DNA of 64,000 nt from Acidobacteriota bacterium (GCA_963664705.1 OY761556.1:5984001-6048000); one strand, 5' to 3'; shown: positions 47,407 through 57,423, numbered from the stretch's first letter. Notes: generated by a model not told the origin, from the sequence alone. A program made the numbers and translations.

Positions 47407-50400
47407 ATGAGGAGATTATTACTGGTAGCGATTCTCTTGGCGCTCGTTTCGGCCCCGGCCTTCAGCCAGTCGAACGCAACGCTGTACGGGATCGTTGCCG
47501 ATGCAACGCAGGCAGTGCTGCCCGGCGTCACCGTGAAGGCGACGGATCTCGATACGGGCATCGTGAAAACTGCGGTCACCAATGCTGCCGGCGTTTACAA
47601 CTTTGCGGGCATGCAGGTTGGCTCGTACGATGTTTCGGCGGAGTTTACCGGTTTCCAGACCCAGACCTTCAAGTCTGTGAAACTGGGCAACAGTGCCCAG
47701 GTCCGGTTGAACTTCAGCCTTGAGATCAAAAAACTCGAACAGTCGGTTGAGGTAAATATTCAGGCGGATAATCTGGTTTTGGATACCGGCGCATCATCCG
47801 GATCAAAGCTGGATGAAAAGAAGGTGGCGGAGTTGCCGGTTGTAAACAGCAACGTGCTCAGCCTTATCAAGGTCATGGGCGGCGTCACAATGTCGGAAAA
47901 CCCGATCTTCGGTGCTGACGACACGCAGTTTGCCGGCATCAGCGCATCGAACATCAACCTGACGCGCGATGGTGTTTCAGCCAACGACGTTCGTTGGGCA
48001 ACGGGACTCAATTCCCCCGTGTACCTGAATCCCGAAATGGTCGGCGAATTTAAGATGGTTCTCGCCCCGGTCGATGCGGAAATGGGACGCGGCAATGGCC
48101 AGGTATCGGTTGTGACGCGGTCGGGCGGAAACGCCTACCACGGCAGCGCGGTCTGGAACAACCAAAACACCGCGCTCGATGCCAACCAGTTCGTGGATAA
48201 CAGAACAGGCCGTGTTCGTGATTGGCGCAACCAGAACGAATACACCATCAGCATCGGCGGACCGATCATCAAGAATAAAACGTTCTTCTTCGCATCTTGG
48301 GATCAGCAGTTCTCCATCATGAAACAGAACAGCACCGCCAACAACCTGTCCCCGACTCCGTGCGCCCGATTGGGGATCTGGCGTTATATGAGCAATATAA
48401 ATGGCACGAACATTACAGCGAATCCTGGCGGGACTGGAACGGTGCAAAGCCCGTATACCTCTCCGGTCACTGATGCCCAGGGCGTGCCTTTGACGACAAT
48501 CAATCTGCCGGGCGGCGCGACGATGCCGGGAACACTCAATTACATCAGTGTTTTCGGTAAACTGCTGAAGACTCCCCAGACGAACGACTGCTCGGATGTT
48601 GCGGTTGATTCCGCCACCGGGCTGCCCACCTCTGCCTGGGTCAACTACGGCGCTCCTTATGATCCTCTTCGGACGCCGGATGCCTCTGGGTACTTGAAGA
48701 GGTTTATGCCTTTGATCCCGAAACCGAACAATTACCTTATCGGCGATGGATTAAACTGGGGTGGATTCACATATGTTCGTAGGCTGAGCGGTGCGGATAA
48801 TGTTTACGGAATCGGCGAAGGACCGAACCGGAAACAGATCAACTTCCGTATCGACCACAACTTCAGCTCGAAGCACCGGATCAGCGGCACCTACAGCTAT
48901 GAAAAAGACAAAGCGATGGACGCGTTCGCATCCATGCCCACAAACAGCTGGGGAGGAGCCGTACTCCGAAGTCCGCAAAATTTTTCAGTTAACGTTACAT
49001 CGACGTTAAGACCAACACTGCTCAATGAAGTTCGCGTCGGGTTGACCCGTACGCAATCGAGCACCTATGACCCCTACTACAATCCTGAAAACGGCGATCA
49101 GCTGAAAAACAAGCTGCTCGAGCTGTATCCCAATGCCGCCAATCTACCAATCCTGGTCTCCATAGGCAACTTTGGCCTCGGGACCGGAAACGGTGCGACC
49201 AATGGTATGCACGTGTATGGCACCGGTCGTGGAAACCAGGCTGCGACCTGGGGCGGATATGATCCGCGCTGGGTGTATGCGGATACTCTGACCTGGACCC
49301 GCGGCAGACACTCCATGAAGTATGGAGCGGAGATGCAGCGAGTGCAGTCATTCCAGAATCAGCGGGGCGGAATTTCATTCACCACCGGTATGTGGTCGTA
49401 TCCGACTTTATACGGCGGCGCGTATGTTGCCCCGAGCGCCAGCGCCTTCGGAGCCAATTCCGGTCTTTCCGATGCAGCCGGCAACGCGAATTATACTGCG
49501 ATGCCGAACGTAGCGGGAAGTGCCACCTATGGAGCTGTGGTAACCGGTGCGTATCAATTGATGAACACGCTGGCGGGCAATATTACGACTGTCAACCAGT
49601 GGAGATTCGTGAACTCGCCGACGGCGACGACTTATAACGATATCTCCAAGGGCGAGGACATGCGATTCAGCGATGTCCGTGCCAACCAGATCAGCTTCTT
49701 CTTCCAGGATGACTGGAGAGTTACGGACAGCTTCACTCTTAACCTCGGTCTCCGCTACGACTGGTATGGCGTGCCGTACCTCAAAGGCGGTATGACGAAC
49801 GGAATCAAAGGAGGCGCCCTGGCTGCCTTCGGACGTTCCGGATCGAGTTTCGACGACTGGATGAAGCCCGGAACCATGAATGCGGACGGCTCCGTAACCT
49901 ACAAGGGAAAAGACGCCGAACTGGCCTTCATCGGACCGGATTCCCCGAATCCTGATCAGCAGCTTTACAATGACGACTGGAACAACTTCGGTCCCGTGTT
50001 TGGATTTTCGTGGCAGGTGCCGTGGTTCGGAAAAGGGAAAACCACTCTTCGCGGCGGCTATCAGATGAGCTACATGCCTCCGGGAAGACTGGCCGCGGCT
50101 ACAGTCAGCGCGCCAAAAATCGAATCCACGATTACCTACTCTCCGAATGCAAATATGCCGTACATTAATCTGAGTAATGTTTCTCAGATTAGTCCCACCT
50201 GGCCGATTCTGACGGTGACGGCCGGCGTTAAGCCGGTTGCCGCTGATCCGGTTTTCCCCGTTACTCAGCGGACACTGGGGATTACGGTGTATGATCCGAG
50301 CATCGTTGTTCCATATGTTCACAACCTGAACATGTCCATTACGCGCAACATCACTCCAAACATCATGCTGGATATCCGCTACATTGGAACCTTGCAGCGG

Positions 50401-51777
50401 AAGGGACAGTCGGGAGTCAACCTCAACGCCGCCAATATCTGGAATAACGGATTGAAGGAAGCTTTCGACGCGGCGCGAGCCGGCGGCGAATCAGCGTTGC
50501 TGGACAAGATTTTCAAGGGCATCAATATCGCCAATTCTGGATCCGCAAACGCGCCAGTCGGCACGTACAATTCGGCTGGTGTGTACCAAACAGGTGCGAT
50601 GCATTTGCGCGCTTCCAGTTCTTTCTATGCCAACCTTGCCAACGGCAACTACATTGGTCTTGCCAATACGCTGGCAACGTTGAACTACAACACCACCCGG
50701 CCAGGCAATTCCGGTCTGCCGGCTATCGATACCAACGCCGTGACTGGATCGGTTCTTCGTTATAACAACTTCCCCGAGAACTTCATCTACACCAGTCCGC
50801 AGTTCTCGAGTGTAACGTTGAATGGGAACAACACCCATTCCAACTACCACTCCCTGCAGACGCAGGTCACGATCCGGCCGACCCATGGCTTCAACCTCCA
50901 GGCGACACATACCTGGGCGAAGAACCTTGGGAATTTGGCTGTAACCGATCCTCGAAACAGAGCGCTCGATTATGGTCCGAACGGGCAGGATCGCCCGCAT
51001 GCGTTTACCGTCAACGGTGCTTTCGAGCTTCCGTTTGGGCCGGGACGCTGGCTGCTGAACGGCAAAAACGGGATCATTTCCCGCATTGCCGGTGGCTGGC
51101 AGATGAGCTGGATCGGCAACATTTATGCCGGCAACCCGTTCACGCTGACGGCTTCGACTACCCAGTTGTATGGCGCCGCGGTGCCGAACCAGGTCGGCGA
51201 GTTCGACCGCAATTCAGGCAAAGTTGTCTGGCCGAAGGGTTCCTACAGCGGCAGCTATTTCTTTGATGAAAAAACGCAGGCGGCGAAATATACGCTTGTG
51301 AAGGATCCCCAGTGCAGCAACGTTACAACGGCACAGGGCCTGAATAATCAATGTACGTTGTATTCGTTCGTTGATGCCAGCACCCTGGTCAATGGTGCGG
51401 CCACAGCGGATACCAAGTACATCTTTGTCAACCCGTACCCGGGAGAGCGCGGCAATTTCCAGCAGAACTCGCTGAGACGGCCGGGCACCTGGAGTGCGGA
51501 TATGGCGATGAGCAAATCCATCCGGATCACTGAAGGCAAAACCCTGCAGATCCGCATGGATGGCACGAACATCTTCAACCACGCGAACCCCTCCGGCTCT
51601 TCTGCAGCCTCCGGTGTGAGCGGTCGTATTTTTGTTCCAAGTGCTCCGGCTGCCGTGATGGGCAATTACACAGGAACCGGGGAGACTATTTTTACAGCTT
51701 CACGCCGCCCCTTGGGTTATGTTGATTCCAAAGTCGGCGCCCGTACGTTCCAAGTCAAGATGCGACTCGATTTCTAA
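47407..51777 (+). CDS. TonB-dependent receptor, Oar-like (copy 2, tandem paralog)
   Basis: Same motifs as copy 1, near-identical N-terminal region, terminal RLDF; AGGAGGA RBS. Confidence 0.92.
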   Translation: MRRLLLVAILLALVSAPAFSQSNATLYGIVADATQAVLPGVTVKATDLDTGIVKTAVTNAAGVYNFAGMQVGSYDVSAEFTGFQTQTFKSVKLGNSAQVRLNFSLEIKKLEQSVEVNIQADNLVLDTGASSGSKLDEKKVAELPVVNSNVLSLIKVMGGVTMSENPIFGADDTQFAGISASNINLTRDGVSANDVRWATGLNSPVYLNPEMVGEFKMVLAPVDAEMGRGNGQVSVVTRSGGNAYHGSAVWNNQNTALDANQFVDNRTGRVRDWRNQNEYTISIGGPIIKNKTFFFASWDQQFSIMKQNSTANNLSPTPCARLGIWRYMSNINGTNITANPGGTGTVQSPYTSPVTDAQGVPLTTINLPGGATMPGTLNYISVFGKLLKTPQTNDCSDVAVDSATGLPTSAWVNYGAPYDPLRTPDASGYLKRFMPLIPKPNNYLIGDGLNWGGFTYVRRLSGADNVYGIGEGPNRKQINFRIDHNFSSKHRISGTYSYEKDKAMDAFASMPTNSWGGAVLRSPQNFSVNVTSTLRPTLLNEVRVGLTRTQSSTYDPYYNPENGDQLKNKLLELYPNAANLPILVSIGNFGLGTGNGATNGMHVYGTGRGNQAATWGGYDPRWVYADTLTWTRGRHSMKYGAEMQRVQSFQNQRGGISFTTGMWSYPTLYGGAYVAPSASAFGANSGLSDAAGNANYTAMPNVAGSATYGAVVTGAYQLMNTLAGNITTVNQWRFVNSPTATTYNDISKGEDMRFSDVRANQISFFFQDDWRVTDSFTLNLGLRYDWYGVPYLKGGMTNGIKGGALAAFGRSGSSFDDWMKPGTMNADGSVTYKGKDAELAFIGPDSPNPDQQLYNDDWNNFGPVFGFSWQVPWFGKGKTTLRGGYQMSYMPPGRLAAATVSAPKIESTITYSPNANMPYINLSNVSQISPTWPILTVTAGVKPVAADPVFPVTQRTLGITVYDPSIVVPYVHNLNMSITRNITPNIMLDIRYIGTLQRKGQSGVNLNAANIWNNGLKEAFDAARAGGESALLDKIFKGINIANSGSANAPVGTYNSAGVYQTGAMHLRASSSFYANLANGNYIGLANTLATLNYNTTRPGNSGLPAIDTNAVTGSVLRYNNFPENFIYTSPQFSSVTLNGNNTHSNYHSLQTQVTIRPTHGFNLQATHTWAKNLGNLAVTDPRNRALDYGPNGQDRPHAFTVNGAFELPFGPGRWLLNGKNGIISRIAGGWQMSWIGNIYAGNPFTLTASTTQLYGAAVPNQVGEFDRNSGKVVWPKGSYSGSYFFDEKTQAAKYTLVKDPQCSNVTTAQGLNNQCTLYSFVDASTLVNGAATADTKYIFVNPYPGERGNFQQNSLRRPGTWSADMAMSKSIRITEGKTLQIRMDGTNIFNHANPSGSSAASGVSGRIFVPSAPAAVMGNYTGTGETIFTASRRPLGYVDSKVGARTFQVKMRLDF

Positions 51778-51800
51778 TTGGATCTAGTCCTGACTTACTG

Positions 51801-51844
51801 AACTCCCCTGCGCGGCCGCGAGGCTGTGCAGGGGAGTTTTTTTT
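51801..51844 (+). terminator. Intrinsic terminator of receptor copy 2, homologous to the copy 1 terminator
   Basis: aactcccctgcgcggcc-gcga-ggctgtgcaggggagtt followed by a T-run. Confidence 0.85.
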
Positions 51845-51875
51845 GTTTACTGGTGTGCCGCATGTTATTTGCAGA

Positions 51876-51905
51876 ATTTCAGATTCCAGATTTCAGATTT
51901 CAGAC
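51876..51905. repeat. 7-mer tandem repeat (ATTTCAG/ATTCCAG)
   Basis: atttcag attccag atttcag atttcag a. Confidence 0.8.
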
Positions 51906-52141
51906 CAAGACCGGGGAGGACTCTGGGAGTGCCGCTGTTCCGGCTAAGGCTGCATATCATATGCTCTAACCCCTGGTAAAGATAAGCGCGAGAAAGATCT
52001 GAAAGGGCGAAAGATGAGTGGTGTTAGGAGGAGATTCAGAAGGGAAGTTTCGTGTGAATTCGTGGAATTCGTGGCGGGAACACAGCCGGATTGCGGACCG
52101 CGGCATTCAATCCGCAGTCCGCAATCATGAGATCTCAATTA

Positions 52142-52864
52142 CTAGAAGGCGATGTTTCCTGCGAAAATCATCTTCTCGGTCTTAAATTCCTGGAAGGCCT
52201 GGCCACTGCCCATCCCCATGGCCGGATATGCAAATTCCAACTTGATCGATTTGTCCTGCGGCGTGATGATCGGTTTCCCATCAACCTCACGCGGGAAGAT
52301 AAACTGGAACGATCGGCTTCCCCCCTGGGCCGTAATATAACGTGCAAGCGGCACTTTGGTTTTTCCGCACGTCAGATACACCTGGGTTTTCAGCAATTCC
52401 AGTGTTTTGGTCTGCCACCAGCGCGCCAGATCCTGATCCCTCGTATTGTCATTGGTTTCATAGCTCACATTCACAACAACCGCGTCCGTCGGGAACCCAT
52501 CAAGTAACGCGGATGCCTGTTTGTCAAAGGCCTGTTTTTGATCAGCAGCAAGACTGTCATATTTGTTTGCGATCTGGCCCTGTCGTACCATGGCCTGGCG
52601 CACCGGCAGAGCGGAACGGAACTGAATCCAATATCGGATATAAGGCTGACCGCCGTCCGTGCTGGTCTTATTGGATGCGTTGTCCATGACCTGAACCGAT
52701 GTCAGTTCAAATTTCTGGGCCCACGGAGAATCCTTGAGCAATTTGTCACAATCTTTGGCCGACCATTCCTTATATTCCTTGGCTTCCCAGAAATCCTTTC
52801 CTGCAATTGCAATGCTTGCAGTCAGGAGCAAAAGAGGCACTATAATGCACAGCATTTTTTTCAT
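52142..52864 (-). CDS. Secreted hypothetical protein; paralog of 20671-21390
   Basis: Signal peptide, DFWEAK...W...KLLKDSPWA, FRSALPVRQAM, FIFPR, KMIFAG. Confidence 0.75.
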   Translation of the reverse strand: MKKMLCIIVPLLLLTASIAIAGKDFWEAKEYKEWSAKDCDKLLKDSPWAQKFELTSVQVMDNASNKTSTDGGQPYIRYWIQFRSALPVRQAMVRQGQIANKYDSLAADQKQAFDKQASALLDGFPTDAVVVNVSYETNDNTRDQDLARWWQTKTLELLKTQVYLTCGKTKVPLARYITAQGGSRSFQFIFPREVDGKPIITPQDKSIKLEFAYPAMGMGSGQAFQEFKTEKMIFAGNIAF

Positions 52865-52951
52865 GGCAAACTCCCTGATAATAGATTCAAGTTTAAATTG
52901 AGCGATTCATTTTAGCGCATTTATAGAGCGTTTTAATGTTATAGCACAAGC

Positions 52952-53009
52952 AAAAAACACGGAGGACACCAGGAGGCCGCCCACTGGGCGCACCATGGTG
53001 TCCTCCGTG
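52952..53009 (-). terminator. Hairpin terminator downstream of the sigma54 activator gene
   Basis: cacggaggacacca ... tggtgtcctccgtg inverted repeat, with a T-run on the minus strand. Confidence 0.7.
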
Positions 53010-53065
53010 CTCTTGCCCGCGAGACGCCGGTGCTCCCAGCGAGCATTTTTAAGAGAAACGCAATG

Positions 53066-54424
53066 CTACTGTTTTTGTTTGTCGAGTAGTCCGTACTTCT
53101 GCATTTTCTCGCGCAGGGTTTTTCGATTGATTCCGAGATATTCCGCCGCTTTCGATTTGTTTCCGTGGAACTGTTCCAGCGCATTGAGGATCTCGTTCTG
53201 TTCGAGTCGCGCCAGGCTTCCGCCGGTCGGCGCCTTCGGGCTGGAAATGTCCGTCATCTCATAGGGAAAGTCCCCGGCACCGATCAAATTTCCTTCGCCG
53301 GTGACAATCGCGGATTCCAGGGCGTTGATCAGTTCCCGCACATTGCCGGGCCACTCCCGTCTTTTCAAAAAACGCATGGCTTCATCAGAGATGCGCAGCG
53401 CGGGGCGGCCTTTTTCGGAAGCAATCTTCCTTACGTAATAATCTACCAGCGTCGGAATATCTTCGAGCCGTTCGCGCAATGGCGGTACGGAAATATGAAC
53501 AACGTTCAGCCTATAATACAGGTCCTCGCGAAACTTGCCCTCCCGGACCGCCTGGGGCAGATCGCGATTAGTCGCCGAGATGATGCGCACATCGATTTTT
53601 TTCTTGGTCGTACTTCCCACGCGGGAAATCTCCCGTTCCTGGACCGCGCGCAGAAGACGGGCCTGCATATTGATGCTTATGTTGGCGATCTCGTCGAGAA
53701 AAAGCGTTCCTCCCTCGGCCAGCTCAATTTTCCCAACGGTGTTTTCGATCGCTCCGGAGAAAGCGCCTTTCACATGCCCGAACAGTTCGCTCTCAAAAAG
53801 GCTTTCCACCAGCGTGCCGCAGTCCACCGTTACGAATCTTCTATTTGAACGGTTGCTGAGATTGTGAATGGCGCGGGCAACGACCTCTTTGCCGACGCCG
53901 GTCTCCCCGGTCACCAGTACCGTGGAATCAACCGGGGCGGCCTTCTGAATCAGGCGCACTACCTGGCTCATTGCTTCAGACCGTCCAATCAGAGATTGGG
54001 ACATTATCTTTCTCTCGAGTCCCTGGCCGATGCAGGCATTCTCGAGAGCTCTGCGCGCAGCCGTTGCCGCCCGTTCCACGCGGGACTCCAGAACTTCCGG
54101 CTTGAACGGTTTGGGAAGATAATCGAAGGCACCAGCTTTGATGGCATCCACGGCAGAATCATACGTCGCATGGCCGGCAATGATAATCACGGCTGTATTG
54201 GGAGATTCCTGCTTCAGCCGATTCATCACATCCATCCCCGGCATGCCCGGCATTCCCAAATCGAGCAAAGCTACATCGAAGGATTCCAGCCGGATTTTTT
54301 CCAAAGCCTGGTCTCCGTTTTCGGCAATAGCCGTGGCATAGCCTGCCGAGTCCAAGGCCTGGCGGCATGCCACGCGCATGGATTCGTCGTCGTCGATAAT
54401 AAGCACTCTGGAGCGAAGAGACAT
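53066..54424 (-). CDS. Sigma54-dependent response regulator (REC-AAA+-Fis HTH, NtrC/AtoC family)
   Basis: IIDDD/LLDLGM/LPKPF receiver, GETGVGKE, ESELFGHVKGAFSGA, LFLDEI, FREDLYYRL, WPGNVREL, AAEYLGINRKTL. Confidence 0.95.
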   Translation of the reverse strand: MSLRSRVLIIDDDESMRVACRQALDSAGYATAIAENGDQALEKIRLESFDVALLDLGMPGMPGMDVMNRLKQESPNTAVIIIAGHATYDSAVDAIKAGAFDYLPKPFKPEVLESRVERAATAARRALENACIGQGLERKIMSQSLIGRSEAMSQVVRLIQKAAPVDSTVLVTGETGVGKEVVARAIHNLSNRSNRRFVTVDCGTLVESLFESELFGHVKGAFSGAIENTVGKIELAEGGTLFLDEIANISINMQARLLRAVQEREISRVGSTTKKKIDVRIISATNRDLPQAVREGKFREDLYYRLNVVHISVPPLRERLEDIPTLVDYYVRKIASEKGRPALRISDEAMRFLKRREWPGNVRELINALESAIVTGEGNLIGAGDFPYEMTDISSPKAPTGGSLARLEQNEILNALEQFHGNKSKAAEYLGINRKTLREKMQKYGLLDKQKQ

Positions 54425-54426
54425 AT

Positions 54427-54488
54427 CGAATGACGAATGACGAATGACGAATGACGAATGGCCGGGATATCCGGCCATTCGTCATTCG
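54427..54488. repeat. 7-mer (CGAATGA) array ending in a perfect 18-bp hairpin
   Basis: cgaatga x4, then cgaatggccgg-gatat-ccggccattcgtcattcg. Confidence 0.88.
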
Positions 54489-54505
54489 GTCGATGCGTCA
54501 AAAGA

Positions 54506-55000
54506 TCAGACCTGGACGTATTTTTCGCCTTTTACGCCGCAGATCGGGCAAGCGGCGGGGGGATTTCCCATCTCAATGTGACCGCAGACCGGGCAAAGAT
54601 AGAATTTCGTTTCGGATAGATCTTTGCCTTGTGCAACCGCTTCGAGAGCCAATCGGTAAAGCTCTGCGTGGACGGCTTCCGCCTTCAGAGCCATGTTGAT
54701 CATCCGCTTTCCCTTGTGGTTTTCCTGTTCGGCGGTTGCAAGCATGGGTGGATACATTTCCTGGAACTCATAGGTTTCACCCGCTACGGCAGCCTTCAGG
54801 TTGTCTGCCGTAGACTGTACCATGTCCAGCGCGGAGAAGTGCCCAAGCGCGTGAATGGTCTCCGCTTCGGCAGCGGTCCGGAACAGGCGCGCTACATTTA
54901 CAAATCCTTCCTGTTCAGCTTTTTTTGCGAATGCCAGGTATTTCCGGTTTGCCTGGCTTTCTCCTGCAAATGCTTGTTTGAGATCGTCACTTGTAGCCAT
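54506..55000 (-). CDS. rbr: Rubrerythrin
   Basis: AFAGESQANRKY, AETIHA, GETYE..MYP, AEAVH, C-terminal CPVCGH..CPICG rubredoxin site. Confidence 0.93.
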   Translation of the reverse strand: MATSDDLKQAFAGESQANRKYLAFAKKAEQEGFVNVARLFRTAAEAETIHALGHFSALDMVQSTADNLKAAVAGETYEFQEMYPPMLATAEQENHKGKRMINMALKAEAVHAELYRLALEAVAQGKDLSETKFYLCPVCGHIEMGNPPAACPICGVKGEKYVQV

Positions 55001-55053
55001 AGTACAGCCTCCGAGTGTTGAGTATTGGTCAATGCAATAAAATGCCAAGATTT

Positions 55054-56160
55054 TCAGATAAGGCGATTCGGTGCAAACGCATCTGCCGCCGGATGACTGC
55101 TTTTCCCGTCGGCAATCCAGTCGGCCGCGATCGTTCCGACGACCGGTGCGCAGGTGATGCCATGACCTCCCATTCCTGCAACCCAGAAGAGTCCCTGGAG
55201 TCGCGGGTCCGAGCCAATGACAAACAGCTCATCGGGCGCGAACGTGCGCATTCCGGACCAGGCGCGTCCTACGCGGGCGTCGGACAAAGAAGGAAGCCAA
55301 TGAGCCGCCTTTGTGGCGATTCGCTCGACTTCGGCATGATCCATGATTTCCCCTTGCTCCGGCGTTACCTTAACCGTGTCGCAACCGCTCATCAGCAGTC
55401 CGCCGCTTTCCGGTCGGAAGTAGAACTCCTCTCCCACAATCCAGATTACCGGCCACTGAGGATTTACTTGAGGCAGCGGTTCGGTTACCAGCAAATGACG
55501 GCGGAAAGGGGTGAATGGCAGCGCATAGCCGCTGAAAGTATCGGCCAGCGACGCCCAGCCGCCATTGGCTACCACTACTTTGGATGCTTCCATCAGGCCT
55601 TCGCTTGTTTCGACACCCACCACTTTTCCGTCACGAACTGCCAGTTTTTTAAACTCCCGGCCAAGGCAAAATTCAGCCCCCGCGCGTGTCGCGCCACGCA
55701 GGAATCCCTGTAGAATCGCGTGTACGTCGAGAACGCCGTCGTCAGGTTTGTAGGCAACACGCTTCAGTCCCGGAGCCAGAATAGGTACTTGCTCGTAAAC
55801 ACGGGAAGCGTCTTCCTGGATCAAGCCGGTTTCAGGATTGTCGTCGCACCACTTGCGCAGGGTTGCAACATGTTCCTGGCGCGCTGCCAGGTAGACGCCA
55901 ACGCGGTTGACCAGCGTTTCCGATGAAAAGCCCTCCGGCGGATTGTGGTAGAACTCCGCTGACTGGCAGGCAAGGCGATTCAAGAGCGGCGTCGGGATCA
56001 TTGTGCGCAGGATGGCAGCATTCCGTCCGGTAGATTGCGTTCCGGCAATTTTCTCTCTTTCGAGAACGGTGATATTTTTCAGGCCTTTCCTGGTCAAAAA
56101 ATAGGCGGTGGCCACACCCGCCATTCCGGCGCCAACAATAATGATACGGTCTTCAGTCAT
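55054..56160 (-). CDS. FAD-dependent oxidoreductase, DAO/sarcosine oxidase beta family
   Basis: IVGAGMAG, STGRNAA, YFRPESGG, WSGMRTFAPD, GMGGHGI. Confidence 0.9.
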   Translation of the reverse strand: MTEDRIIIVGAGMAGVATAYFLTRKGLKNITVLEREKIAGTQSTGRNAAILRTMIPTPLLNRLACQSAEFYHNPPEGFSSETLVNRVGVYLAARQEHVATLRKWCDDNPETGLIQEDASRVYEQVPILAPGLKRVAYKPDDGVLDVHAILQGFLRGATRAGAEFCLGREFKKLAVRDGKVVGVETSEGLMEASKVVVANGGWASLADTFSGYALPFTPFRRHLLVTEPLPQVNPQWPVIWIVGEEFYFRPESGGLLMSGCDTVKVTPEQGEIMDHAEVERIATKAAHWLPSLSDARVGRAWSGMRTFAPDELFVIGSDPRLQGLFWVAGMGGHGITCAPVVGTIAADWIADGKSSHPAADAFAPNRLI

Positions 56161-56262
56161 TCAAATGATCTCCAATGGAACGCTGAATCATACCATGGGA
56201 GTTCGGAGTTTTGAGTTTCATTGAAATCAGAAATTCGCTCAATTTTTGAAATGCAGAGCCCT

Positions 56263-57423
56263 TTATGCCTGAGCGATTTCATCGAGAGCCGAGGCTGCCT
56301 GGCGAACATCATCAACCGTGGTCAGGAACCCTACGCTGAAGCGGACAAAACCATCCGGAAAAGTTCCGAGGTGCCGGTGAGCATAAGGCGCGCAGTGTAG
56401 ACCGGAGCGGGCAGCCACATCGAACCTCTCGTCCAGAATGGCGGCCAGTTCAGCGGGAGAAAGCCCGGGCAAATTTATTCCTATCAATCCCACTCGATTG
56501 ATCCCGGCGCGCTCCAGAATTGCGCGATCCGCGCCATACCAGGAGAAAAGCCCCGGATCGCGAAGGTTGCGATAGAATTCGTCGATCAGTGAGCGCTCAT
56601 GTTCCAGTACCTCCGAGACACCCCTGGCCAGGAGCATTCGCACTCCCTCTCTGAGACCGGCAAGACCGAATACGTTTGGAGTTCCGCCTTCCAGCCGGTG
56701 CGGGAACTCGGATGGCTGAGTCGGGGATGAAGAGTCTCCCCCGGTGCCTCCTTCGCGCCAGGGTGCCACTTCGACTCGTTCCCCAACCACCAGGCCTCCA
56801 GTGCCCGTAGGGCCCAGCAGCGCCTTGTGCCCGGTAAAAGCCAGGAGGTCCAGGCAGTCCGTTTCAAAATGAATCGGGACCACTCCGGCGCTTTGAGAAG
56901 CATCGACCAGGAACAGTGCATTGTGTTCACGCACGGAATGGCCGATCGTTGCGATATCCTGGATGGTGCCTGTGACATTGGACGCATGGGCAAGGGCCAC
57001 AAGGCGCGTTGACGGCTTGAAGGCCCTGCCAACCGCATCGGGATCGATTTGATGATGCGCGTCTGCCGGCAGGCGTGTGAGTGTGATCACGCCGTCCCGT
57101 TCCATCTGGTTTAGCGGTCGTGATACAGAGTTGTGTTCGAGTACCGAAGTGATGACGTGATCTCCCGGTCGCAGCACACCCTTGATGGCCATATTCAGGG
57201 CGTCCGTGGCGTTGAGCGTAAACACAATCCGTTCCGGACGGGAGAAGCCGAACAGCCTGGCCAGGAGACGACGCGTTTCGTTGATCATGGCTTCCGCTTC
57301 GACGGCGCGGCGATGTCCGCTGCGTCCAGGATTGGCGGCAGAAGAACGGGCAAAAGAGTCCATCGCCTGGAATACCTGCTCAGGTTTTGGGAAGGATGTC
57401 GCTGCGTTATCAAGATAGATCAT
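56263..57423 (-). CDS. Cysteine desulfurase family protein (class V aminotransferase)
   Basis: IYLDNAATSFPKP, EHNSV, HASNVTG, DASQSAG, TGHKALLGPTGTG (PLP Lys), RSGLHCAP. Confidence 0.92.
   Translation of the reverse strand: MIYLDNAATSFPKPEQVFQAMDSFARSSAANPGRSGHRRAVEAEAMINETRRLLARLFGFSRPERIVFTLNATDALNMAIKGVLRPGDHVITSVLEHNSVSRPLNQMERDGVITLTRLPADAHHQIDPDAVGRAFKPSTRLVALAHASNVTGTIQDIATIGHSVREHNALFLVDASQSAGVVPIHFETDCLDLLAFTGHKALLGPTGTGGLVVGERVEVAPWREGGTGGDSSSPTQPSEFPHRLEGGTPNVFGLAGLREGVRMLLARGVSEVLEHERSLIDEFYRNLRDPGLFSWYGADRAILERAGINRVGLIGINLPGLSPAELAAILDERFDVAARSGLHCAPYAHRHLGTFPDGFVRFSVGFLTTVDDVRQAASALDEIAQA

Noticed and set aside
53015-53039. GGGAGC-type REP-like palindromes (also near 35521 and 51924)
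   Set aside because: The copies are too dissimilar and too few to define a family from this window.
54425-54478. N-terminal extensions such as HSSFVIRHSSF on the activator and methyltransferase ORFs
   Set aside because: These are translations of the 7-mer DNA repeats; the domain boundaries support the downstream ATGs.
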